Below are positions 26,979 to 35,704 of a stretch of DNA of 64,000 nt, piece by piece. The translations under genes and the position numbers were made by a program. Positions within the stretch are counted from its first letter, which is position 1. Each line of letters opens with the position of its first letter. The notes beneath the pieces were generated by a model. That model was given only the letters and a program-made list of their open reading frames with translations, had not been told where the DNA came from and made no database searches. The stretch comes from a virus (Duplodnaviria; Caudoviricetes): the IMG/VR virus record IMGVR_UViG_2636415863_000002, positions 19,803 through 83,802 of that record; one strand, given 5' to 3'.

Positions 26979-27149
26979 TTAGCTGCTCTTGCGGTCGATG
27001 TCGTCGGCGACGCGGCGGGCTTCACGGGCGAACCCCTCGTGCATCTCCACGTCGGCGGTGTTGCCGGCCTTGCGGGCTTCGGCGGCGTATCGGTCGGCGT
27101 TCGCGGCGGCCTCGCGGTTGCCCTCGGCGGTGTCGAATCGGCTGCGCAT
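26979..27149 (-). CDS. Small helical hypothetical protein
   Basis: MRSRFDTAEGNREAAANA...; AAGGAGG RBS. Confidence 0.5.
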   Translation of the reverse strand: MRSRFDTAEGNREAAANADRYAAEARKAGNTADVEMHEGFAREARRVADDIDRKSS

Positions 27150-27161
27150 GTGATGCCTCCT

Positions 27162-27341
27162 TCAGCGGCTGGTGGTGCGGTGGGCGTTGATCTGGGCGGG
27201 GGTGGCGCCGGCCCGGACCGCGGTGCGGATCGCAGCCTGGGCGGCGAGTCGAGCGCCGGGCTTCGGCGCCTCACCCCGCTCGATCGGACCGAGGTAGGCG
27301 TCCGCCTGGCGGGCAGCGGCGAGGACAGCGGCGGCGGACAT
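27162..27341 (-). CDS. Small hypothetical protein
   Basis: Start overlaps the upstream stop (TGATG). Confidence 0.45.
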   Translation of the reverse strand: MSAAAVLAAARQADAYLGPIERGEAPKPGARLAAQAAIRTAVRAGATPAQINAHRTTSR

Positions 27342-27517
27342 CACGCGGCGGCCGGCTGACGGAAGCCGCGGATCTCGTCCATCAGCCGAGGACCGTCGGG
27401 ATCCGCCTGATCCAGGTCGAGGGCGGCCAGCTGAATGCCCAGCTGACGGTCCAGGTCGCCCTTGGCAACGGCGTCGCGGTACTCGTTCAGGTAGGCGATA
27501 CGGGTGTTCTCGGGCAT
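27341..27517 (-). CDS. Small hypothetical protein
   Basis: MPENTRIAYLNEYRD...; GAGGA RBS. Confidence 0.5.
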   Translation of the reverse strand: MPENTRIAYLNEYRDAVAKGDLDRQLGIQLAALDLDQADPDGPRLMDEIRGFRQPAAA

Positions 27518-27561
27518 GACGGTGGTCCTCTCGGAAGGTGTGGGTGGTGAAGAGGTACGGG

Positions 27562-27819
27562 TCAGGCGGTGGCCGGGGCGGCGGTCTCACCGCGGGAGAC
27601 GCGGGCGGCATCGAGGTACCGCTGCGCCTCGTCGAGATCGAGGTTCAGCTGGTAGCGACCGAAGGCGTAGGCGCTAACGTCCTGTGCGGTGACGTCAGCA
27701 GTGACGGGGTGGTAGCGGAGGGACTCCGGGCGACGCCGGTCGGCCACCTCGCCGAGGAGGTGGTGGGCGACACGCATGAGCTTCTGGTGACGCTGGCGGG
27801 CCTGGTACTTGGCGAGCAT
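27562..27819 (-). CDS. Hypothetical protein
   Basis: AAGGA RBS. Confidence 0.5.
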   Translation of the reverse strand: MLAKYQARQRHQKLMRVAHHLLGEVADRRRPESLRYHPVTADVTAQDVSAYAFGRYQLNLDLDEAQRYLDAARVSRGETAAPATA

Positions 27820-28400
27820 CGGACGAGTCCTTCCGGTTCGGGTCGGGGTGATCTGCGTGGGGAGTGGGTCTTTCAGGCGCGGTAGACGGGCGGACGGACG
27901 CCCGCGCGGAGTTCGCGGATGATCGAGCAGGGGCCCTTGGTCGCGCAGTACGCGTCGTCGGTGTCCGGCAGGGCGTTACCCGTGGTACCCCGCATGTCGC
28001 GGGTGGGATGAGGTGAGGTTGGAGAGCCGCGCCCGGGACGCCGGGGGTAGTCAGCCCGCAGGCGCGGCGGTCAGAGGGTTACAGCGACCCGCCGGGAGTC
28101 CGCTTCGGAAGCGGCGGCAGAGCGGGCGGAGGATCAGCCCGGTCGTGCTGAGGCTCAGGCTCAGACGACACCGTCACCGCCCCCGAACCGGCTGAACCGC
28201 ATACCGAGCAGCCGACTCATACGCCTCACGAGCCGCCCACCTGTACATGTCCAGCTGACCGTGCGACGGATGACGGGGATCGGCAGAGATCGCGACGATC
28301 CGGGCCGTAAGCCCGTCCCCGCGAATCTGCTCCGCATGCGCAAGCTCCGGAGCCACAGACGGATCCGAGTCGCCCGGGAACGGGGCAGGACAGGTAGCCA

Positions 28401-28751
28401 TCACGCCACCGCCAGAGCGGAGGCGTCGATCAGGTGCAGCAGGCCAGCCCGCTCCAGCACAAGCCGGGCTTCGACCATCGTGTCCTGCGCGAGAGCCAGG
28501 GAGTCGAACTGGGCGGCGGACATACCGCGGGCATCCAGGCCGGCCAACTCCACGACCCGCAGCGCAGCGACCTCGAAGCGCGTGACCGCACGCTGAACCT
28601 CCGGCGAGACCCGGACGTGCGAGCCGAACTTGTGGGCGGCGATGTCCGCCGCAGTCATGGCGGGGGTGGTGCTGGGGTAGCAGCCGGCCGGTACGGAAGT
28701 GGCGGTCGGGGCGCTAGCAGTACTACGCGGGACGCAAGTACTATCGGTCAT
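28401..28751 (-). CDS. Hypothetical protein, first gene of the leftward transfer operon
   Basis: AGGAGG RBS before ATG 28751. Confidence 0.55.
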   Translation of the reverse strand: MTDSTCVPRSTASAPTATSVPAGCYPSTTPAMTAADIAAHKFGSHVRVSPEVQRAVTRFEVAALRVVELAGLDARGMSAAQFDSLALAQDTMVEARLVLERAGLLHLIDASALAVA

Positions 28752-28789
28752 GTCTGGTCCTCCTGGTGATGCAGGTGGAACTGGGCGCC

Positions 28790-28899
28790 TCGGCAAGGTG
28801 TGCAACCACCTAGCCGGGATTGAGGCCCTTCCCGGTGTGCAACCACTGGGGAGGGCCGCTTCCAGCCCCGGCCTGGTGTGCAACCACCTGCCGGGGCTT
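28790..28899. repeat. Three tandem hairpins with identical GGTG-TGCAAC-CAC core
   Basis: GGTGTGCAACCAC at 28797, 28834 and 28875, each closed by its own different stem. Confidence 0.8.
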
Positions 28900-28933
28900 C
28901 GTTCGTCTTCGACACTAGAGGAGAACTTGCGTG

Positions 28934-28963
28934 TTGACAAGTACTGCCCACCGAGTGGAAAGT
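28934..28963 (+). promoter_or_regulatory. Housekeeping-sigma-type promoter, probably leaderless
   Basis: TTGACA at 28934, 18-bp spacer, GAAAGT, then ATG at 28971. Confidence 0.45.
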
Positions 28964-28970
28964 TGTAGCC

Positions 28971-29273
28971 ATGACCCCAGATGACGAGAAGGGGGGGATG
29001 CCCGAATTCGTCACCTTCACGCAGATCGCGAAGCGCGTGAACGAACAGGACCTGGTTAGCCGCCCCATCACTCGGCAAGGCGTCCGATACATCGCCGACC
29101 ACGACCCCGACTGGCCTGTCCCGCAGGACCGCTGGATGAAAATTGGCTCGGCCTGGGCAATGCCCTGGGAGCCGATCGAGAGGTTCTTCCGGGAGCGCAC
29201 CACGCCTCGCGGAAGAGGGCCGGTCGCCAAATCGGACGATGCGCCACCGAAGAGCTCCGAGCCGGAGCAGTAA
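28971..29273 (+). CDS. Putative HTH regulator of the transfer operon
   Basis: VTFTQIAKRV...ITRQGVRYIA..DPDWP; divergent from the tra/spd operon. Confidence 0.6.
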   Translation: MTPDDEKGGMPEFVTFTQIAKRVNEQDLVSRPITRQGVRYIADHDPDWPVPQDRWMKIGSAWAMPWEPIERFFRERTTPRGRGPVAKSDDAPPKSSEPEQ

Positions 29274-29403
29274 TTCTTCATGCCCCCAGCGCACCACCAC
29301 GCTGGGTCACGATCCAGATCCAGCCTGTTGTCAATCGGCAACAGGCGGATCTGAAAACACCAACCCCCTCCGCACCATTCGAATACGGCGACAGGATTGC
29401 GGC

Positions 29404-30606
29404 ATGACCTTCGGATCGGAGCTCCGCCACTACCGGCAAGACGCCGGAATGTCTCTCGCTGAACTCGCTTGCCGCGTCCACATGACTAGGGCCCACATCC
29501 ATAACGTCGAGACCGGGCGCCGCGCCCCGAGCAGCGATCTCGCCGCAGCGGCCGACGTAGCCCTCGCAGCATGTGGCCGGCTGGTCGCCGAGTTCGACCG
29601 GGAGGACCGGGAACGGCAACGGCAAGCCGCCACCCGAAAGACTCTCGCTGCTTCCCTCGCCACCTCGCGAGATCTGATGGCGCTGGCCGACCTGGAGCTC
29701 GATGAATTGCAGGCGGGAGTGGAGGAGACCGCGGTCGACTACCTCGGAACCGCGCCGGGCCCGATGCTGCTGCGCGCTGACTCGCTTCGCCGTGATGCCC
29801 TGGCGCGCCTGCGGGACTACAGGCACGGGCCGCACGAGCGAGCCGATCTGTACGTCTCCGCAGGACGACTCTCCGGCATCCTCGCCTACGCCGCCCTCGA
29901 CCTCGGCGACTCGGCAGCGGCGTTAGAGCACGCGCGGGCGGCCGGACGTTGCGCCCAGTACGCCGGCGACACTGAGCTGCTGATGTGGGTGCGCGGCACC
30001 CAGTCGCTGATCTCCCGCTTCGCCGGCGACTACGGCATCGCCCTCGACTACGTGCGAGACGGGCTCCAGTACGCCGGTGACGTGCCCGGCACCGGCGAGG
30101 CGCGCCTGCTGTGCGGCGAGGTCCAGTGCCTGGCGAACCTCGGCGACTCCCGGGCGGCGAACCGGACGCTGCGCCTTGCCGAGCAGGCGCGGGAACGCGT
30201 GCAGCGACCCGACAGCCTGACCGGTCTCTTCGAGTTTTCCGAGACGAAGCAGCGCTACTACGCCGCCAGCTCCCTGATCTGGCTGAACGGCGGCGACGAC
30301 GCGCGAACCGCGGCAACCGAAGCCGAGGCGGCAATCGCATCGTGGCAGCAGATGCCGCCCGAGCAGCGGTCCCTGGACGACGAGCGACTGTGCCATATCT
30401 ACCTGGCCACCGCCCAGGTGCAGCTCGGCGAGGTGGAAGCGGCCGCGGAGTCCATGGCCCCGGTGCTGGCGCTGCCGGTCGAGGATCAGATCAGTTGGAT
30501 CAACAAGCGGGCGCACCGGGTCGGCTCGATCCTCGCCGCGCCCCGCTACCACCAGTCTTCTGCTGCCGTCGATCTCCGGGAAGCCATCGCGGCCCTCGGT
30601 GCCTGA
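29404..30606 (+). CDS. XRE-family HTH regulator with TPR-like C-terminus (contains a TTA codon)
   Basis: FGSELRHYRQDAGMSLAELA...HNVETGRRAP; TTA at 29923-29925. Confidence 0.8.
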   Translation: MTFGSELRHYRQDAGMSLAELACRVHMTRAHIHNVETGRRAPSSDLAAAADVALAACGRLVAEFDREDRERQRQAATRKTLAASLATSRDLMALADLELDELQAGVEETAVDYLGTAPGPMLLRADSLRRDALARLRDYRHGPHERADLYVSAGRLSGILAYAALDLGDSAAALEHARAAGRCAQYAGDTELLMWVRGTQSLISRFAGDYGIALDYVRDGLQYAGDVPGTGEARLLCGEVQCLANLGDSRAANRTLRLAEQARERVQRPDSLTGLFEFSETKQRYYAASSLIWLNGGDDARTAATEAEAAIASWQQMPPEQRSLDDERLCHIYLATAQVQLGEVEAAAESMAPVLALPVEDQISWINKRAHRVGSILAAPRYHQSSAAVDLREAIAALGA

Positions 30607-30710
30607 GCAGCAGAAAGGCCGGGCGGTCATCACCCGCCCGGCCAGTTCGACCAGCGGGCTGCAACCCGCTGACCAGTAGAGATCCACACGCAAATGAGGA
30701 GAACTCTGCC

Positions 30711-31079
30711 ATGACTGTACTCGCTCCCGAGATTCCGTCCCAGACCAACCCAGCCGAGTGCCTGGTCTCACACCCGACCGCGTGCCCGTCGTGGTGTCGG
30801 GACCGTCACGCCCCCGTAGCGCACGAGTTTGGCCCGTCGGTGACGTCGCACTGGGGCGTGCAGGCCCGGCTGGACAATCCGGCGGCGTTCGGCGCCGGTG
30901 AGTCGTTCATGCGGGCGGAGCTGTACCGCTACGACGCCGGCTCGGAGGTCGGCGCCACCACGATGTACGTGCAGGGGCAGACCGACGTCGAGATGACGGC
31001 TGCGGAGGTGGACGTGCTCCTGGTCCAGGCGCAGGCGTTCGTGGACACGTTGCGGGTGTTGCGCGCGCAGATGGGCTGA
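30711..31079 (+). CDS. DUF6907-like hypothetical protein
   Basis: CPSWC...H...H motif; GAGGAG RBS. Confidence 0.55.
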   Translation: MTVLAPEIPSQTNPAECLVSHPTACPSWCRDRHAPVAHEFGPSVTSHWGVQARLDNPAAFGAGESFMRAELYRYDAGSEVGATTMYVQGQTDVEMTAAEVDVLLVQAQAFVDTLRVLRAQMG

Positions 31080-31218
31080 TCGCCCCGAGTTCCTCACGGC
31101 CGGGCAGCCTCAGCTGTCCGGCCGTTCTCAGTTCTCCCGCGGGTGCAGCACTCGCGAATCCTGGAGCGTCCATGCACGAAACGAGTCCTGCCGTGGGCCC
31201 GCTGATGGGGGCGGGCGG

Positions 31219-31992
31219 ATGCTGAAGATCCGCCGTTCGAAGCCCGTCGACAACTTCACCATCTTGCCGAACGCCCTGCTGCGCGACGATCGGCTGACGT
31301 ACTGCGCCCGCGGCGTGCTCGCTGAGCTACTGAGCCGCCCTTCGGGCTGGGAGACGAACGCGGACGCCTTGTCAGAGCGGGCGCGCCGGCACCGCGGGGA
31401 TGTCGTCGGCGAGGGGCGGCGTGGGTTGCGGGCCGCATTCACCGAACTGGAGGCGGCCGGCTACATCGTCCGTCGAAGGGAGCAGGCATCGAAGGGGCGA
31501 TTCATCACGGTCCTTGAGGTCTACGACATCCCACAGGACCGAGGTACCGCTCGCGGTACGTCGGCAGACGGTACGTCGGCCAGCGTGACGTCGGCGGGCG
31601 GTACCTCTTCAGTAAGTACTGACGGAGGAAGGACTGATGAAGAAGATGCTGGCGAAGAACACTCCTCCGCGCTCGCTGGCGCTCGCGCGGGCCAGCAAGC
31701 CGGCCCGCAAGATCGACGGCGCGAGCAGCTCAACCGGCTGTACGAGGCCGCCAACGACCTCGACGATGACCAGCTGCGCCGACTGCTCCTCCAGTTCGAG
31801 AAGAAGCGGCCACGGATCTACCGGGAACAGCGGCAGTCGGCCCTCGCGCAGCTGGAGCGGGAATCGCCAGAGATCCTGCGCACCGCGAACTCAGTACGCG
31901 CTGTGGACCTGTTGAGCTTCAAATACGCGCTGATGCACTACCAGGAGCCAGGCATCCCGGAGTGGCTACGCCGCTTCCCGCAGCCGCGATGA
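31219..31992 (+). CDS. Replication-initiator-like wHTH protein with internal 15-bp repeats
   Basis: NFTILPNALLRD.RL...ARG.L..LLS.P.GW...EL...GYI. Confidence 0.65.
   Translation: MLKIRRSKPVDNFTILPNALLRDDRLTYCARGVLAELLSRPSGWETNADALSERARRHRGDVVGEGRRGLRAAFTELEAAGYIVRRREQASKGRFITVLEVYDIPQDRGTARGTSADGTSASVTSAGGTSSVSTDGGRTDEEDAGEEHSSALAGARAGQQAGPQDRRREQLNRLYEAANDLDDDQLRRLLLQFEKKRPRIYREQRQSALAQLERESPEILRTANSVRAVDLLSFKYALMHYQEPGIPEWLRRFPQPR
31554..31610. repeat. 15-bp period iteron-like repeats
   Basis: CGGTACGTCGGC-type units at 31554, 31569, 31584 and 31599. Confidence 0.6.
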
Positions 31993-32037
31993 CACCACAC
32001 GGCCCTATCCGCACACTCACGAAAGGAACGATCACCG

Positions 32038-32343
32038 ATGGACGACATGATCCCGTACACCCACTGGGCGTACTTCTCCGACGAGGCCGGCGCCCGCCGC
32101 TGCGCCCAGGCCCTGCCCGACTTCGTGACACGTGTCCGCAAGGCGGCCGAGGGAGGCGAGTGGCTGCTGCTGGCCGGGCGGGACGTCGTCCGTGACCGTC
32201 TGCCGGAGCGGCACAGGGAGGTCGAGGAAATCGTCACCCGGCACGGCGGCAAGTACGACGGCGGCGAAGCCACATACCTCGGAACGGGACAGCCGGTCGC
32301 GGACCCGATGCTGATCCAGGATGGTGAGGGTGACGATGCCTGA
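32038..32343 (+). CDS. RraB-like (RNase E inhibitor fold) protein
   Basis: HW.YF..E..A...A..L...W...GG.YDG.E signature. Confidence 0.55.
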   Translation: MDDMIPYTHWAYFSDEAGARRCAQALPDFVTRVRKAAEGGEWLLLAGRDVVRDRLPERHREVEEIVTRHGGKYDGGEATYLGTGQPVADPMLIQDGEGDDA

Positions 32344-32734
32344 TCAGCCCATCGCCGCCGCCGTAATCGTTCGGGGCTGCCGCGTGCTGCTGGTACGCCG
32401 AGCGGTCGAAGAAGGCGATCTGCGCTGGCAGTTCCCGGCGGGCAAGCTCGAGGCCGGCGAGACCGCGGAGCACGCAGCCGTCCGTGAGACCGAGGAGGAG
32501 GCCGGGCTGACCGTCGAGGCGGTCAAGACGCTGGGCAGTCGTATGCACCCGAAGACCGGCCGACTGATGCACTATGTCGCTTGCTCCCCCGTATCCGGTG
32601 AGGCGCACGTAGCCGACGAGGAGGAGCTCGCCGAGGTCGCGTGGGTCGCACACGGCGAGATCCCCGAGTACGTGCCCTACGGGCTGTTCGAGCCCGTGCA
32701 GGCGTATCTGGACGGGGAGCTGAGTGAGACGTGA
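32336..32734 (+). CDS. Nudix hydrolase (Pif-like)
   Basis: Complete Nudix box GKLEAGETAEHAAVRETEEEAG. Confidence 0.9.
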   Translation: MPDQPIAAAVIVRGCRVLLVRRAVEEGDLRWQFPAGKLEAGETAEHAAVRETEEEAGLTVEAVKTLGSRMHPKTGRLMHYVACSPVSGEAHVADEEELAEVAWVAHGEIPEYVPYGLFEPVQAYLDGELSET

Positions 32735-32868
32735 GCGCTCCCCTACGGCGGCCTCCTTCACCGGCTTGGTCCGTCCTCATCCGGCCTGCGCGTCGGAATG
32801 GTGCGTTCCGCCTCGTGTGCGCCACCCTCGTAGACTCGCTGTGCCCACCCCGAGAGGATTGATCGCTG

Positions 32869-33360
32869 ATGCGCCCGCAGAGGTTGATGGAGTTTGTCGC
32901 CGAGACGCTGACCAATGCCCCCGAGGTGCAGCGCGCTGTGCCGTGGCAGGAGGGTGGCGTCCGGCCGTATGGTGTGCAGGTCACGTTCCTTACGGGCGCG
33001 GAGTTGTGGCTCGGGGTTATGGCGCAAGCCGCGCCCGGCGAGAGCTATGACGAGCCGGAGGTGCCGGTGACGGCGGAGCCGCCGGCGGAGGTGGCGGTGC
33101 CGGAGCTGCTGGAGGGCGGCAAGGTCACGCCCTTGTCGGCGGAGGCGTACATCGCCGCGGTGTTGACGAACTCGGGTAGCGCGGAGATCAAGCGGGCGTA
33201 TGGGTATTCGGAGGGGGCGACGATGACCAGGCCGACGTCGGCTCCGGGTGTCGGGCTGGAATTTCATTCGGCGGGGCGGGGCTTCTTGCCGTTCATTCAC
33301 ACGGCTCGGGCTGGCCAGGGGAAGGGCCGGCAGGCGTTCGATCTTCAGGAAGCGTTCTGA
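32869..33360 (+). CDS. Hypothetical protein
   Basis: Good codon usage; GAGGA RBS. Confidence 0.55.
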   Translation: MRPQRLMEFVAETLTNAPEVQRAVPWQEGGVRPYGVQVTFLTGAELWLGVMAQAAPGESYDEPEVPVTAEPPAEVAVPELLEGGKVTPLSAEAYIAAVLTNSGSAEIKRAYGYSEGATMTRPTSAPGVGLEFHSAGRGFLPFIHTARAGQGKGRQAFDLQEAF

Positions 33361-33427
33361 CCACTTCCGCTGGGTAGCTGAAGGTGTCGCCTCACGCGGG
33401 GCGGCACCTTTCTGCTTGGAGGTGGCC

Positions 33428-33568
33428 ATGGAGCGCAAGATCGAGTTAGGTACGGCGTCATGCCCGTCGTGTCAGCAGACGGTGGGGAGTGAGCCGGGGC
33501 AGCCTGTGACGCCGCACCAGAAGGCTGACGACAGCCGCGAGCAGTGCCCTGGCGGCATCGGGCAGTAG
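33428..33568 (+). CDS. Small Zn-binding peptide (contains a TTA codon)
   Basis: GGAGG RBS; CPSC...H...C; TTA at 33446. Confidence 0.45.
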   Translation: MERKIELGTASCPSCQQTVGSEPGQPVTPHQKADDSREQCPGGIGQ

Positions 33569-33696
33569 GTGGCTTGAGGCCCCGCCTCTTTGGGGGTGGG
33601 GCTTTGCTGTGCGCGCCCCTCGGTGCGCTTCTTGCGCCCCCTGCTGAACGTCTCGTTCCGCTGGGAGCCTGTCCGTCTTCTGACTGAGGGGGATCG

Positions 33697-34044
33697 ATGG
33701 CGCTTGCCTGTCCGCGCTGCAAGGACCACACGCAGGTTTTGCATCGGCCGGAGTATTGGCGCTCGTTGTCGCAGGACGCAGAGGCGAAGAAGTTGCACGC
33801 GCCGCCCCCGGAGTACGCGGTGCAGTGGCTGCTGCCGGCTGGCATAGGTGCTCTAGGCGTGGTCGCCTTCGTCACCGGAGCGATAGCCGCTGGCATCGTC
33901 CTCCTGATCGGCGCGGCCGGGATCGGCTACTGGCTATCGCGGCGGGCCCAGGCGGCGGAGGATGCGCGGGCCCGGTGGGAGCGGTCGTTGATCTGTAAGC
34001 AGTGCACGGCCGTGTTCCCGCGGGAGGATGCTGTCGCGGTGTGA
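33697..34044 (+). CDS. Two-TM membrane protein with CxxC motifs
   Basis: CPRC, two TM helices, CKQC. Confidence 0.6.
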   Translation: MALACPRCKDHTQVLHRPEYWRSLSQDAEAKKLHAPPPEYAVQWLLPAGIGALGVVAFVTGAIAAGIVLLIGAAGIGYWLSRRAQAAEDARARWERSLICKQCTAVFPREDAVAV

Positions 34045-34223
34045 GGGTCGCGCTGTAGTTGCACCAGGTCGTCGGGAATTCGGTGCCACTCCGCGGGATC
34101 TGCTCCGCTGGTCGAACAGGGATGCGGGGCGGCGCGGGCACGGGCGGGTGAACGGGCGAGGAACCGGGCGCGCCGCTACAAGCCGGCCGCTAGCCTCGCC
34201 GTCCCCTGACCTGAGGAGAGCTC

Positions 34224-34478
34224 GTGACGTCCATCCGCACTTTCAGCGGCCCGATCTTCCTGTGCAAGACGTGCGGCCAGCCGTGCTTCGAAGGCAAGGA
34301 GGCGGGGCTGGAGCACTTTATGGAGCAGTGGGACGGGATCTTCTGCCCGATGTTCCCGCTGGCCGGCGAGCGTCTCGAGGTGGGGTGGGACGCGATGTCG
34401 CTGGATGACTTGAAGGAGAGCTACCCGGACACGTACCCGTATGAGCTGGCTGCGGGACCGGATGCGGTGGCCGGGTAG
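34224..34478 (+). CDS. Small Zn-ribbon hypothetical protein
   Basis: GAGGAG RBS; CKTC. Confidence 0.5.
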   Translation: MTSIRTFSGPIFLCKTCGQPCFEGKEAGLEHFMEQWDGIFCPMFPLAGERLEVGWDAMSLDDLKESYPDTYPYELAAGPDAVAG

Positions 34479-34687
34479 TCGTTGCGCTGTTGGGGTGGTC
34501 TTGCCGGGCCTGGAGGCCGCCCGCCTGGGGCGTCTGGACGGCTCGTGCGGGCAACCTTCCGAGGCCCGGCGGCGGTCGATAGGGTGGGTTGCCTGGGGGG
34601 TTCTTCTCTGCCGCGGTGGATCTGTCGAGGGGCCGCTGGTGTCGTCTCGTCTACGGTGGCGGAGGGGGACGAAAGGGGATCGCGATC

Positions 34688-35143
34688 ATGCCGAGCGTGG
34701 AGGACGTCGCCGCGTACATCCTGGCGAAGGACGGCCCGATGTCGGCGATGAAGCTGCAGAAGCTCTGCTACTTCGCCTACGGCTACCACCTCGCGTGGGA
34801 GGACCGGCAGCTGTTCCCTGAGCGGTTCGAAGCCTGGGCGAACGGGCCTGTCTCCTACGAGCTGTACGACCAGCACCGCGGCCGATACCAGCTCAATGCA
34901 GGCGACGTGAACGGCGACCCTTCGCTGCTGGATGACGGCGAGCGGGAGTCCGTGACCATCGTCCTCGACTCGATGGGCGTCTACTCCGCGCACGAGCTGT
35001 CGGCGATGACGCATCGCGCCGGCCCGTGGGTGCAGGCCCGGGAGCGTGCCGGCGCAGCCGATCTGCAGCGAAGCAACGAGGAGCTGAGGGATGCGGACAT
35101 CGCCGACTTCTTCGGCGCGCTGGTGAGCCAGGACGACGAGTAG
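34688..35143 (+). CDS. Panacea (DUF4065/SocA-like) antitoxin
   Basis: MKLQKLCYFAYG...FEAWANGPV..LY...LSAMTH..PW. Confidence 0.85.
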   Translation: MPSVEDVAAYILAKDGPMSAMKLQKLCYFAYGYHLAWEDRQLFPERFEAWANGPVSYELYDQHRGRYQLNAGDVNGDPSLLDDGERESVTIVLDSMGVYSAHELSAMTHRAGPWVQARERAGAADLQRSNEELRDADIADFFGALVSQDDE

Positions 35144-35161
35144 CCGCGGGCGGGGGCAGAG

Positions 35162-35617
35162 GTGGGGAAGAAGAAGCTGTCTGTCCCGCAGTCGAAGACT
35201 GCCGAGGGGAAGCGGACAGGTAACCCGGGTGTTCTCCTGCCGGGCGCCGACACGTCGCATGAGCGGGTCTCGTGGCGCTTCTCGCAGGTGGATCACGATG
35301 GGCCATGGGGCTTCGGTGAGATGGTGCCGGGCATGCTCTGCGAGGTCTTGCGGAAGCTGTCGCATTGCGAGTCGATGACCGTCAACGAGCTTCGGGGTAG
35401 TTGGCGACTGTTCAAGGAGTACGACCTTCCTGGCGGCCTGTGCCGGGACGCTTTAGACCGGCTCGAGGCTTTGCGCCGGGATGACATGACGAAGATCCAG
35501 CGTCTTGAGTTCACGGGCACGCAGCGCCTGTACGGCTTCCTCGAGGGCAATATCTTTCACGTCGTGTGGTGGGACCCGAACCACCAGGTGTATCCGTCGA
35601 AGCTGAAGCACACGTGA
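35162..35617 (+). CDS. Putative PanT toxin (RelE-like RNase fold; contains a TTA codon)
   Basis: Follows Panacea; RLYGF....FHVVWWDPNHQVYPS; TTA at 35453. Confidence 0.65.
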   Translation: MGKKKLSVPQSKTAEGKRTGNPGVLLPGADTSHERVSWRFSQVDHDGPWGFGEMVPGMLCEVLRKLSHCESMTVNELRGSWRLFKEYDLPGGLCRDALDRLEALRRDDMTKIQRLEFTGTQRLYGFLEGNIFHVVWWDPNHQVYPSKLKHT

Positions 35618-35704
35618 CGCTGCCCCGCCCGATCACGCTGGGCGGGGGCAGGTCAGGCGTCGTGACGGATCACGGGCACGCCGACCGCGGGGTAGCGTTC
35701 GGGT

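Noticed and set aside
28797-28887. Possible mini CRISPR array (3 repeats)
   Set aside because: Repeats are only 13 bp, the intervening sequences base-pair as stems around each repeat, and there is no cas operon
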